Shown here: positions 47,591-60,600 of the stretch, one piece after another
Numbering within the stretch: position 1 is the first letter of the stretch
How the letters are laid out: the number at the start of each line of letters is the position of its first letter
DNA from: Macrostomum lignano
Taxonomy: Eukaryota
DNA: 64,000 nt
NCBI GenBank assembly: GCA_002269645.1
Contig: NIVC01002697.1
Coordinates: 85,072 to 149,071, forward strand
Direction: 5' to 3'
Translations under genes and position numbers: made by a program
The notes under the pieces: generated by a model
Seen by the model: only the letters and a program-made list of their open reading frames with translations
What the model was told of the DNA's origin: nothing
The model's database searches: none

Positions 47591-48139
47591 GAAGAGGGGA
47601 TGAAGGGTTTGGAGATGTGGTTAAGAAATGAAGCTTGAGAGAATTAAAATTAGTAATAGAATAAGCTTTAACCAAAACCAAGTCAGACTTACCCTTTAGC
47701 AGTTCCAAAAGCAGCAGACAGTTCTCACATGATGAAGCGGGGTCCGTGCAATTGTAAATAGTCTGTCTGCAGTCCAATGGGATGCTGGGCTGTTGCCGAT
47801 CGGGGCAGCTCAGCAGCAGAGCAAACTGATTGCATGGGAGCCACAGGAAAACCGCAAGAGAAAGTTGGCCCCCATCTGCATGTCTGTCGTCAGGTTCAGC
47901 CCAATTAGGCTTGTGGACTCGGCTGCTCTGCTGACCTATCAAGCTGTCTTCACTCTTATCTTCTGCAGTAGTTTTCTAATCAGATATGAGCAGAGGGCTG
48001 AGCAGTCAGTGCGGCAGCGAGTCTGTACATAAAATATGGTTTCAAATTGGTTTAAAATTTGTGTACAGGTGAGCGCAACTGACATAGGGGGCCATCGCAG
48101 AGCGGCAAGTGTACAGCTGCATGGCTATTTTACCGCAAG

Positions 48140-48580
48140 AGACTCTCAGACACTGGTACTGAGGTAGCAGTCAGTGAGTAATCCGGGACCCCCAGACACT
48201 GGGACTGAAGTAACAATCAGTGTGCAATCTGGGACTCTCGGACACTGGGACTGAGGTAGCTTATAGCAATTAGTGAGTAATCTAGGACTCTCGGACACTG
48301 GGACTGAGGTAGCAGTCAGTGAGCAATCCGGGACTCTCAGACACTAGGGGACTGAAGTAGCAGTCAGTGAGTAATCTGGGACTCTCGGACACTGGGACTG
48401 AGGTAGCAATCAGTGAGCAATCCGGGACGGACACTAGGACAGAGGTAGCAATCTGTGTGTGATCTGGGACTCTCGGACACTGGGACTGAGGTAGCTTATA
48501 GCAATCAGTGAGCAATCTGGGACTCTCGGACACTGGGACTGAGGTAGCTTATAGCAATCAGTGAGCAATCCGGGACTCTC
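48140..48580. repeat. Degenerate about 47-55-bp repeat GGGACTCTCGGACACTGGGACTGAGGTAGC..
   Basis: About 9 units. Confidence 0.88.
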
Positions 48581-49410
48581 AGACAAGAGTAGTAGAGATT
48601 CTAGAAGCTTCGAAAGATACATTTATTATCGATGGGTTCGGGATGGAGAAAATTTTGGTTCTGAGGTCTCTGATGTAATGTGCAGTCTCTTTAACGGAAA
48701 GTATGGTATGTTTCGATTCCATGAACGCAGTTACCGGATCCGAAGCTCGCACGAACAGCAGTTCAAGGCTATGGAATTACGACAACATCTGCGGGCCACA
48801 AACCAAATCCCCCAATCTGATTCAAAACGACTAGAAGCGTACATGATTTACGACCTACGCTGTCAGAGAATCAGAGTCAGACTCGCTCAGCTGATATTTG
48901 ATCGCAGAATCCAAATATCTTCGCGTGCTGCATTTTGTTTTTGCTACTCCAGTTAGTTACAAGTAATCTGCCCTACATGTATTCAAGCAGCTGCATTCCA
49001 CCCTACTTAGCACTGGTGTACACTGAAATTCCAAACGATCTCGTCGAGTCGAAAAAAACACGAGAAACGCATTTGATGCAAAAGTTAAAGCAAAGCTTAG
49101 ACTCTTAATACCCTCTATTGATCTGCGCTCCGGCTGATCCTCCCCACGGACTAGACTCAGAGATATCAGAGATATGCGAAAAATAGCGGCACACTACCTT
49201 CAAACTAATCTTCAAACTAAGCTAAAAGTTGAAGGCAATCCATCGTGATTGCGAGAGAAAGCAATTGTAATTTGCCTAAAATCGAAAAATTTTGCTTGCG
49301 AGAAAAAAATTTTTTTTCGCAATAGCCACCCGTATCTTCGAATCGAAAATAGTATGCATAATAACAATTCCAGCCCGAAATCTATATGTGAAGCCTGCTT
49401 TGAAGTTTAA

Positions 49411-51312
49411 GTGCAGAAGCACTAAAGCGCAGAAGCACTAAAGCGCAGAAGCACTAAAGTGCAGAAGCACTAAACCCGCCTGGCTTTCTGGTCCGGTGAT
49501 TTGCCAGTTGTCAAGTCCGGTTTTTGATCCGGTTCGTAGTGTACCTTTTCCCATCTAAAAACCGGACGAAAGTAGAGAAAAAGTTTACAAAACGGACGAT
49601 AAGCGGACGAAAACAATTTTCATCCGGCCGATTCATCCGGGTTCATCTGGAAAGTGAGCCGCTGCTTCATCCGGTTGGACCGGACTAGCTAGCGGACCAG
49701 GATCCAGACGAAAACCGGATCAAATAGACGGACATTACTACCGGTTGAATATCGGTCGGAAATCCGGATGAAAACCGGACCAAATGGATTGACCTGACGA
49801 TCTCATAAATACCGGTCGGAAATCCGGACCAAATGGATTGACCTGACGATCTCATAAATACCGGTCGGAAATCCGGACCAAATGGATTGACCTGACAGCC
49901 GGTCAACGACCGGACGGAATTACAGTACATGTACAGTTACATGTTACAGTACAAATCGCAGTACGTACTGAGTAAGTGAGCCAGTGAATAGTACTATGCC
50001 GACTCCGGTTAAAAATGGCTAAGAGGTGCTACTGAACAATTCCGGCGTGCAATTTCAAACTTAAACTTTCAAATCAACTTTCTTCAATCCAAAAGTCTGG
50101 ACCGAATTCATGACTAATGAGCCCATGATTTCATGTTGACAGTAACTGTTGCTTCAGATATCACTGTGGATAAAAAGATTAAGGCATTGCGAACTTCGTC
50201 TGTGATTTTAGTCTTCAACGACTTCAATTCTTGTTACACTCCTGAAAGATCGAAGCACAACGACCGGTTACAGCAAGGGTCTAATTCTTCTCAACAAAAA
50301 GATGTTATGGCGCAACATAAATCCGACGAAAAGCTCAATGCTGCTACAGTGCAACTGCACATTCATTCCCTACATCAATGACATCAGTTCCTTCTTCACG
50401 GCAACAACGGAAAGATGTCTAGTTCATCATTTACCCAGCAATAGAACCATGTCCCCTGGGAAAGAGACTGAATTGCCGTCTGTACCTTGATCAAAGTCTG
50501 CCATGTCGGAAACCATTCTCTCCGGCTTCGGGACAGTCGAGGCGGTCACACTGTCGAAGACTTGGGCGACATCGTTATATGCGTTGGCGGCGACGGAACT
50601 GGCACCGGATCCGCTGGCCTTGGAAGCTGGGGCAGCTGGACGACGCTTCTGCCCTGACCGTTGCATCGTCGGCCGCGGCTTCAGGGACCGGATTCTTTTT
50701 GGTAGGCCGAGGCGTTCACGCGACGTCTCCCCACAACGGGAAAACGCACGGCGCCACTCACTCTGGTCGAACGGCACGCCGGAGTTGGCGAGCCACTGCC
50801 GCCCCACTGCAAGTTTGCCCGCATTTGCCGCCGTGGCCAGATATGCCGATGTGCTTCTGCACTTTAGTGCTTCTGCACCTCCCGCCTGGCTTTCTGATCC
50901 GGTTGCAATCCGGTTTTCATCCGAGTTCGTCCGGTTGTCTGGTGGGTTTCCGGACCAAAATATAATCCGGACGAAATCATCCGGATTTGGTCCGGTTTAC
51001 GTTGCCGGATGAAGAACCGGACTAAAGTACGGGTCAAACCGGATGACTGGGCAATTTTTATCCGAATTCCATCCGGAATTTTGTCCGGCATATTGTCCAG
51101 CCCATTCCACACAGTAACCCGGACACAAAACCGGAGGAAATCCGGATAAAAAGTCTGACAAAGGTCCGTTGATCCGGAATCTTATCCGGATTCACATCCG
51201 TTTTTTTCCCTACTGCCAGCTCAAAGCCGGATGAGAGGGGAGACACGGCCATTATTTCGGATGTTTTGAATGCGCTCGGACGCAGAACTTGCGCATTGCA
51301 GCATTTCTGGCC
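49411..51312. mobile_element. Putative composite non-autonomous element: two CCGG-rich modules each starting CCCGCCTGGCTTTCTG, associated with 16-bp satellite copies
   Basis: Shared module start at 49475 and 50861; dense TCCGG/CCGGA motifs; adjacent 16-mers. No transposase recognised. Confidence 0.4.
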
Positions 51313-51862
51313 GCAGAAGCACTAAAGTGCAGAAGCACTAAAGTGCAGAAGCACTAAAGTGCAGAAGCACTAAAGTGCAGAAGCACTAAAGTGCAGAAGC
51401 ACTAAAGTGCAGAAGCACTAAAGTGCAGAAGCACTAAAGTGCAGAAGCACTAAAGTGCAGAAGCACTAAAGTGCAGAAGCACTAAAGTGCAGAAGCACTA
51501 AAGTGCAGAAGCACTAAAGTGCAGAAGCACTAAAGTGCAGAAGCACTAAAGTGCAGAAGCACTAAAGTGCAGAAGCACTAAAGTGCAGAAGCACTAAAGT
51601 GCAGAAGCACTAAAGTGCAGAAGCACTAAAGTGCAGAAGCACTAAAGTGCAGAAGCACTAAAGTGCAGAAGCACTAAAGTGCAGAAGCACTAAAGTGCAG
51701 AAGCACTAAAGTGCAGAAGCACTAAAGTGCAGAAGCACTAAAGTGCAGAAGCACTAAAGTGCAGAAGCACTAAAGTGCAGAAGCACTAAAGTGCAGAAGC
51801 ACTAAAGTGCAGAAGCACTAAAGTGCAGAAGCACTAAAGTGCAGAAGCACTAAAGTGCAGAA
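51313..51862. repeat. Perfect 16-bp satellite GCAGAAGCACTAAAGT, about 34 units
   Basis: Directly visible. Confidence 0.98.
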
Positions 51863-52545
51863 TGGAATAAGCAAACTAAAATAAGCCAAACTCAAGTTAT
51901 AAAAGCGCAAATTTTATTTTGAATTGACCATCAACAAGCGAAAACCCTAAAAAACTTGAGCGACATTAATAACCGTTCAAGCGCAATAGGGCTATTTCAA
52001 CAATATATTATTAATGTCAATGAGCAACGCGTATATTCTGACGCCATGTCGCTAAGGCTTAAACTGCCACAATTCGTGCCCCCGGCCCCCTCAGAAAGTA
52101 AAACGATAGAAATTGAAACTATAGTCAACAAACAGGTAGACAAAGAAGGTATTCTCATTTAATAAATGATCTACTTGAGTCCATAGCGCTAGTGCTACAA
52201 CAATATACTAGATGGAAATACACTGAGCCAAGCCGAATAGGTTGAAGCTGACAGTTGCTCACTGGGAGTGGAATTTCAATTCAAGCTACAGCACACTATA
52301 AGGCAACAGCTCAAAGTGTATCGGATTACTCAGATCAATGATATTAAATATTCGAATTATAGTAATAAGGCTAAACCAACAATGCGGTCTTGATTGCGCA
52401 ACAGAGAGCAAATTTGGATTGATATATTTACGTAGAAAATCACTTCAAGACTTCACTGTTAGTCTTGCTCCGATATTCGGCTCACAGAGTTCTTAAGCCC
52501 TAAATTCAGGCGTCAGGCCTATTTCTAAGAAACCAGGCACTGGTC

Positions 52546-55500
52546 CTACTTGTGAAACTTGAGCGACGGGTCGCGGCAGTGCTGGGCCAGCAGGTCGCAC
52601 GGCTTGAACTGGTTGCCATAGAGACCGGCAAACTCTTCCATCCGTTTCACAATGTCGCCGGCGCCCCGGATGTCCAGGTAGCGGAACGGGCCGCCCAGGA
52701 ACGGCGGGAAGCCCAGGCCGAACACGGCACCGATGTCGCCCTCCAGCGGGGTGTGCAGCACGCCGTCCTGCAGGCACTGGACGGACTCGTTAACAAACCG
52801 GGAGAACAGGCGCCACTGGATTCTCTCGATGGTGTTCTCCGCCGCCGGGGCCACCCGGTACTTCTGCATGATGGCCAGGGCGTCGTCGTTCTCGCTGCGG
52901 TCGCCGCCGCTCTTCTTGTCGCCGGAGTAAACGTAGCAGCCTTTGCCGGTCTTGCGGCCTAGGAAGCCGGCGGCCACCATGTCCTTCAGGACGCCGACGT
53001 CTGCGCCGCCGACACGGGGACCCAGAGCCTGAATGGAATGCATGTTTACAGGCAGTGGGGATTTAATCAAGAACTGATTTTGCTGCCGTGCTTTTCATTA
53101 CTCTTGTTGGTTGGAGTATTGGATCCCTATTTGAGCTGTCCCGAAATTTTTATTATTTTGGTGACATTATTCAGATTTATGAGTCATTATTCAGATTTCG
53201 GGGGTTATTATTCAGATTTTTGGGGTCATTATTTAGATTTTAAGGTCATTATTCAGATTTTTGGGGGTCATTATTCAGATTTCGATGGTCATTATTCAGA
53301 TTTCGGGGGTCATTATTCAGATTTCGGGGGTCATTATTCAGATTTCGGGGGTCATTATTCAGATTTTTGGGATCATTATTAGGATTTTTTGGGTCATTAT
53401 TTAGATTTTAAGGTCATTATTCAGATTTTTGGGGGTCATTATTCAGATTTCGAGGGTCATTATTCAGATTTCGGGGTCATTATTCAGATTTCGGGGGTCA
53501 TTATTCAGATTTCGGGGGTCATTATTCAGATTTCGGGGGTCATTATTCAGATTTCGGGGGTCATTATTCAGATTTCGGGGTCATTATTCAGATTTCGGGG
53601 GTCATTATTCAGATTTCGGGGTTATTATTCCGAATTCAGGGTCATTATTCAGAGTTCTGGGTCATTATTCAGAGTTTTGGGTCATTATTCGTACTTAGGG
53701 AGTCATTATCTGGCTTCGGGGTCACTATTCAGATTTGGGGGGTCATTACTCAGGTCGTATTGAATAAGACAAACGCTCTTACTATTTCCCCAGATCCCGC
53801 TCTCAACCGATTCACCCACCTTGCCCAGATCCTCGGCAACGTGAGCCGCTACGTCGATGCCGACTTCATCAGCCAGCGTGGCGACGCCAACAGGCCAGCC
53901 GAAGCTCTTGGTGGCCTTGTCCAGCTCGGCGGGCCGGACACCCTCCTGCAGCAGGCGGATGGCTTCGGCCAGCATTGGCGCCAGGATCCGGGTGGTGTAG
54001 AATCCGGGCCCGTCGCCAACGTGGATGACCAGTTTGCCCTGGCGGAGGCCGAGATCCACGGCGGTGCGCAGAGTCTCCTCGCTGGTCTGCTTGGTGCTGA
54101 TGATCTCCAGTAGCTGCATCTTGTCCACAGGAGAGAAATAGTGCATGCCGATCACCTTGTCCGGCCGCTGGCTGCCCTTGGCGATCTCGGCGATGGGCAG
54201 GGCGGAGGTGTTGCTGGCGAACACGCAGTGCGGCGGAATGACGGCTTCGACTTCCTTCAATACGCGGTGCTTGATGTTGATGTCTTCAAACACGGCCTCG
54301 ACAACGATGTCGCAGCGTTTCAGCTCGGCATAGTCCAGGGTGGCGGTGAGGTTCGAGTAGAGCCGGTCAGCCTCGAAACTGCTCAGGCGTTTCCGCTTCA
54401 CCTTTGATGAGTTGATTGATTGACAGAGCATTACCCAGCGATTAGTGATGAGATGTGTTAAGGTAATTAAGCTAAGATACTGGCGTATTGCAATGTCGAA
54501 ATTTTCTATCTAGTCGAAAAGTCGAGGCCAGTTTCAAGGCCAAGAAGAGTCCCAGATTCGTTGCAGGAAGCACAGGTAGGAAAATAGGAAAGAAGTGACT
54601 CTAGACGACTCTAAAACGACCAGATGTCACGGTACAAGTCGCCAAAAAGTTGTCAAAGAGTCGTTTCTATAATGACTCTGGGGCCGTAAAGTCAGATCTG
54701 AGGCGTGCTGGAGTCGCTGTAAAATCGCTGAGTTGCGTCTAAAGCGCATCTGCGACTGCAACGTCACTTTATGAATTAGAATCGCATTTTGCATTCATAA
54801 CAAATTCTATTCAGTCTGCTTGTTCGCGCCTATCCATCGGTCACGGTAAGGTGTGAGGGCTAAACGAAGATGATAAGCCAGGTAGAGAAAGTTGCCGCAT
54901 ACCTGACCCTTCAGCCCGGACTGGATCTGTTCCTGGCCGCGAGCCAAGCCAGCCTCGTTGGCGTCCTTCATCACCGTGGCCAGGCCCTTGTCGATGGTGA
55001 CCTGCGAGATGCCGGCGCCCATCAGGCCGGCGCCGAGGACGCCAACGCACTGGGTGGGGCGCTGCGGCTTGCCCCAGCGGTTCTTCTTGGTCTCGGTCTG
55101 GCCGAAGAACAGGCCGAACAGCGCCTTGGACTCTGGCGTGGCGGCCAGCTCGCCAAATGACTGCCGGGTGCGAGTGCGGGTGCGAGTGCAGGTGCGAAAT
55201 TAACTGATTGCATGCAGCAGCAGGAGAAAGCAAGGCGAAGTTCAGGCAGAGCGGGTTGGCGGCAGATTCAGTCGGAAAGGAAGGGGCGGAGAGGCGGCAG
55301 ATTCAATGGGAAAGGGAGGGGCGGCAGATTCAATCGGAAAGGGAGGGACGGAGAGGCGGCAGATTCAATAGGAAAGGGAGGGACGGAGAGGCGGCAGATT
55401 CAGTCGGAAAGGAAGGGGCGGAGAGGCGGCAGATTCAATGGGAAAGGGAGGGGCGGCAGATTCAATCGGAAAGGGAGGGACGGAGAGGCGGCAGATTCAA

Positions 55501-57120
55501 TAGGAAAGGGAGGGACGGAGAGGCGGCAGATTCAATAGGAAAGGGAGGGACGGAGAGGCGGCAGATTCAATAGGAAAGGGAGGGACGGAGAGGCGGCAGA
55601 TTCAATAGGAAAGGGAGGGACGGAGAGGCGGCAGATTCAATAGGAAAGGGAGGGACGGAGAGGCGGCAGATTCAGTCGGAAATGGAGGGGCGGAGAGGCG
55701 GCGGCAGACGCCCTTACCTTAGCCTCCAGATCGAAGCCGAACTGGCGGTCCTGCGGCCGCTCCTGGCAGGCCTTGAGCAGGTCGATGATCTTCAGCGGAG
55801 CGGGGTACAGGCCACCAGTCTGCTTCATGACAGTGGCCCGGGCCTGCCGCTCGAAGATGAAGTTCCTGCCCCAGCTGTAGTTGAGCATCATAGCGGTGGC
55901 CCGTTCGGCCAGAGAGGGCGATCGCGGGGTCGGCTTCACCCGACCGCTGGCCAAACCGGATGCCGTTTCCACGGCAACGTCCTCCAGCAGGCGCAGAGTG
56001 TTGTTCTCGGGTGCGTCCAGTCCTGGCCCGAGCGGCTCAACCAGCTGGTGCACCAGGCCGATGCGCTTGGCTTTTTTAGCTGGCACATTCTTGCCCTGCA
56101 GGATCATCGACAGGGCTTCGGTTATCGGCACCAGTCGGGGAAGGCGTTGAGTGCCTGCGGAAAATTGCGTTTTGGTTTGATACATATCGGCTAATGCATG
56201 TAGCCTCTGTGTGATGAAAATTTTCGATACATATCGGCTAATGCATGTAGCCTCTGTGTGATGAAGTTTTCGATACATATCGGCTAATGCATGTAGCCTC
56301 TGTGTGATGAAAATTTTCGATACATATCGGCTAATGCATGTAGCCTCTGTGTGATGAAGTTTTCGATACATATCGGCTAATGCATGTAGCCTCTGTGTGA
56401 TGAAAATTTTCGATACATATCGGCTAATGCATGTAGCCTTTGTGTGACAAAATTTTCGATACATATCGGCCAATGCTTAAAAAACCTCTGCCTCTATAGA
56501 TCAGGTTGATTGATATTTTCGATACATATCGGCAACATAGAAACAAGAGTTATTTTACCTCCGGCACCAGGCAGAAGGCCGAGCAGAACCTCCGGCAGAC
56601 CGAGCACAGTTTTCTTATCGTTGACGGCGATGCGATAGTGCGCAGCCAAGGCGACCTCCAGGCCGCCGCCCAGGCACTGGCCCATGATGGCCGCCACCAC
56701 GGGCTTCTTGCAGTCCTCCAGCGCCTGCAAGTCGGCCTGACCGGCCTTGGACAGCTGGGTGACCTCGGCGGCGGATTTGCACGAGGCCAGCATCTGGATG
56801 TCGGCGCCAGCGATGAAGCAGGCGGGCTTGCCGGAGATCAGCACCAGCGCTTTCACGTCCGAATTGGACTCGGCCGCTCTCAGGGCCGACATCAGCTCAG
56901 CCTGCGACTCCTTGCTCAGCGTGTTCACCTTGGCGTCCGGGCTGTCGAATTTCAGCACAGCGACACCGTCGCGTACGCTGCTGCTGACGTGCTTGTCCCG
57001 GGCGGCGGTTGCCATGGCAACTAGACGATTAGTGCTGCCAAGCAGCTGAGACTGATGATGCAGGGCAGTCCGAGTGGCGATTCGACTGCCGCTGGCGGCT
57101 AGCAGAGCTGCTCGGAGCAT
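52546..57120 (-). CDS. HADHA: Mitochondrial trifunctional enzyme subunit alpha; 5 exons (57120-56559, 56154-55718, 55160-54903, 54401-53820, 53028-52546), 773 aa
   Basis: Arg/Ser/Ala-rich presequence; crotonase motifs [33 protein letters not shown]; NAD-binding [12 protein letters not shown]; EAVFED, SNTS, GMHYFSP; [16 protein letters not shown]. All introns GT-AG and phase-consistent; total 2322 nt. Confidence 0.96.
53165..53750. repeat. 21-22-bp minisatellite GTCATTATTCAGATTTCGGGG(G) in HADHA intron 4
   Basis: About 27 units. Confidence 0.93.
55215..55705. repeat. 35-bp minisatellite GGCGGCAGATTCAATAGGAAAGGGAGGGACGGAGA in HADHA intron 2
   Basis: About 14 units. Confidence 0.93.
56180..56535. 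repeat. 46-47-bp minisatellite in HADHA intron 1 with a GGCTA-ATGCATG-TAGCC mini-hairpin
   Basis: About 7 units. Confidence 0.92.
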
Positions 57121-57454
57121 CGGGGCTGAAGAGGGCGCGGACGGAAACGCAAGGGCTAGAAGCCAGTGTACAGGGGTGTCTATGTAAGACTAGATAGTCC
57201 TGGGCAGAGTAGCCTAGCCACTATTCTAAGAGCTGAGCTTTATACACCTAGAGATTCAATGCGAGGCCAAGCCACTGACTGCTACTGGCTCGGCTAGAGA
57301 TAACAGACTGCAGTGCAGCACTGAGCTTCTTATTTAGCTCTTTCATTACTAATGAGAGGTTCTATTTTCATGAGACATGTGCTGGTCCAGGCTGAGGATT
57401 TGCGGGGGTGTGGCCGTTGCTAGGGCATCTGAGAGCGTAGCAGTGGCTCAGCAA

Positions 57455-58500
57455 CTGAGGATTTGGGAGGCTGGCCCAGCAACTGAGGATCTGGGAGGCT
57501 GGCAAAGCAACTGAGGATTTGGGAGGCTGGCCCAGCAACTGAGGATTTGGGAGGCTGGCCCAGCAACTGAGGATCTGGGAGGCTGGCAAAGCAACTGAGG
57601 ATTTGGGAGGCTGGCCCAGCAACTGAGGATTTGGGAGGCTGGCCCAGCAACTGAGGATCTGGGAGGCTGGCAAAGCAACTGAGGATTTGGGAGGCTGGCC
57701 CAGCAACTGAGGATTTGGGAGGCTGGCCCAGCAACTGAGGATCTGGGAGGCTGGCAAAGCAACTGAGGATTTGGGAGGCTGGCCCAGCAACTGAGGATTT
57801 GGGAGGCTGGCCCAGCAACTGAGGATCTGGGAGGCTGGCAAAGCAACTGAGGATTTGGGAGGCTGGCCCAGCAGCTGACACTCTGGGAGGCTGGCCCAGC
57901 AACTGAGGATCTGGGAGGCTGGCCCAGCAACTGAGGATTTGGGAGGCTGGCCCAGCAACTGAGGATTTGGGAGGCTGGCCCAGCAACTGAGGATTTGGGA
58001 GGCTGGCCCAGCAACTGAGGATTTGGGAGGCTGGCCCAGCAGCTGACACTCTGGGAGGCTGGCCCAGCAACTGAGGATCTGGGAGGCTGGCCCAGCAACT
58101 GAGGATTTGGGAGGCTGGCCCAGCAGCTGACACTCTGGGAGGCTGGCCCAGCAACTGAGGATTTGGGAGGCTGGCCCAGCAGCTGACACTCTGGGAGGCT
58201 GGCCCAGCAACTGAGGATTTGGGAGGCTGGCCCAGCAGCTGACACTCTGGGAGGCTGGCCCAGCAACTGAGGATTTGGGAGGCTAGCCCAGCAGCTGACA
58301 CTCTGGGAGGCTGGCCCAGCAACTGAGGATTTGGGAGGCTGGCCCAGCAGCTGACACTCTGGGAGGCTGGCCCAGCAACTGAGGATTTGGGAGGCTGGCC
58401 CAGCAGCTGACACTCTGGGAAGCTGGCCCAGCAACTGAGGATTTGGGAGGCTGGCCCAGCAGCTGACACTCTGGGAGGCTGGCCCAGCAACTGAGAATCG
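57455..58500. repeat. 28-bp minisatellite GGGAGGCTGGCCCAGCAACTGAGGAT(T/C)T, array 1, with higher-order structure
   Basis: About 37 units. Confidence 0.96.
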
Positions 58501-58847
58501 GAGAAGGTCGCGGTGGGTCTGAGAGACTAACTTAGACTACTCTGTCAATGTCTCAACAGCTTGCTGCAACATTAGATACTGCACAAATAACAAAAACTAC
58601 TCGTAAATCTTGAAATTCGAAAAATTGCAGCTCAAATAGCAGTTCATTTAACGGCTATTCGTCTTTGCCCTCCCCAGGTGCAGAGGGCGGGTCAAAGTTC
58701 AAATTTCTTTTTCTTGCCTTCACCCCTTTTAGCTGCATACCAATGCTGTGTCTGACAAGCTGCACTCAAGTAGGGACTCAGATTGCCGCACAGAAATAAA
58801 GCGCGTTGCCCACTAATAAGCACACTGACTAGCTCAGAATGATAGAG

Positions 58848-59635
58848 GGGGTCGCTAATTACTGAATGGTAGAGTAAGGGGAAGCTAATTACTGAATGGT
58901 ATATTAAGGGGTAGCTAATTACTGAATGGTATATTAAGGGGTAGCTAATTACTGAATGGTAGAGTAAGGGGAAGCTAATTACTGAATGGTATATTAAGGG
59001 GTAGCTAATTACTGAATGGTATATTAAGGGGAAGCTAATTACTGAATGGTATATTAAGGGGTAGCTAATTACTGAATGGTATATTAAGGGGTAGCTAATT
59101 ACTGAATGGTATATTAAGGGGAAGCTAATTACTGAATGGTATATTAAGGGGTAGCTAATTACTGAATGGTATATTAAGGGGTAGCTAATTACTGAATGGT
59201 ATATTAAGGGGAAGCTAATTACTGAATGGTAGAGTAAGGGGAAGCTAATTACTGAATGATATATTAAGGGGTAGCTAATTACTGAATGGTAGATTAAGGG
59301 GTAGCTAACTACTGAATAGTAGATTAAGGGGTAGCTAATTACTGAATGGTAGAGTTAGGGGTAGCTAATTACTGAATGGTAGATTAAGGGGTAGCTAACT
59401 ACTGAATAGTAGATTAAGGGGTAGCTAATTACTGAATGGTAGAGTGAGGGGTAGCTAATTACTGAATGGTAGATTAAGGGGTAGCTAATTACTGAATGGT
59501 AGAGTGAGGGGTAGCTAATTACTGAATAGTAGATTAAGGGGTAGCTAATTACTGACTGGTAGAGTGAGGGGTAGCTAATTACTGAATGTTAGATTAAGGG
59601 GTAGCTAATTACTGAATGGTAGAGTTAGGGTTAGC
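58848..59635. repeat. 30-bp minisatellite GGGTAGCTAATTACTGAATGGTATATTAAG
   Basis: About 26 units. Confidence 0.96.
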
Positions 59636-60029
59636 TTAGTAACTTCCGATAAAACTAGTTTGAGAGACAAAGATCAAATGTTAAGTCTAAAGTGACATTA
59701 CTAGAACAAAAAAACCGCTAAATAATTAAAGTTCCAACGCACTACATATATAAATAGTACCCTAGAATGGTACCGTGTGCAAATGGACTTTATTGTGAAT
59801 AAAATGACAGCAGTAAGAGGACAATAGATAAGCAAGTGTGTTAAAAAGCCCTAACAAATTGACAATCGAGCAAAAACGCAACAATAGGGGATTTACGCAG
59901 CCGCACTAATTATCCGTATATAGCATTTGCTCAACTGCAATTCATTTACAAATGTAAGACCCGCGCATTGAAGTAATATTAACAGTAAAGGCGGTATGGT
60001 GCTGAATGGAAGGCAAGGAAGCAGCGATG

Positions 60030-60600
60030 TCTGGGAGGCTGGCCCAGCAACTGAGGATCTGGGAGGCTGGCCCAGCAACTGAGGATCTGGGAGGCTGGCC
60101 CAGCAACTGAGGATCTGGGAGGCTGGCCCAGCAACTGAGGATCTGGGAGGCTGGCCCAGCAACTGATGATCTGGGAGGCTGGCCCAGCAACTGAGGATCT
60201 GGGAGGCTGGCCCAGCAACTGATGATCTGGGAGGCTGGCCCAGCAACTGAGGATCTGGGAGGCTGGCCCAGCAACTGATGATCTGGGAGGCTGGCCCAGC
60301 AACTGAGGATCTGGGAGGCTGGCCCAGCAACTGAGGATCTGGGAGGCTGGCCCAGCAACTGAGGATCTCGGAGGCTGGCACAGCAACTGAGGATCTTGGA
60401 GTGTGCTGGCCCAGCAACTGAGGATCTCGGAGGCTGGCCCAGCAACTGAGGATCTGGGAGGCTGGCCCAGCAACTGAGGATCTGGGAGGCTGGCACAGCA
60501 ACTGAGGATCTCGGAGGGTGGCCCAGCAACTGAGGATCTGTGAGGCTGGCCCAGCAACTGAGGATCTGGGAGGCTGGCCCAGCAACTGAGAATCTCGGAG
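60030..60600. repeat. 28-bp minisatellite array 2 (same family as 57455-58500)
   Basis: About 20 units, same orientation. Confidence 0.96.

Noticed and set aside
48561-48956. 131-aa ORF downstream of the 47-bp repeat
   Set aside because: Non-ATG start within a repeat, no recognisable motifs or splice signals, and composition unlike the real exons here.
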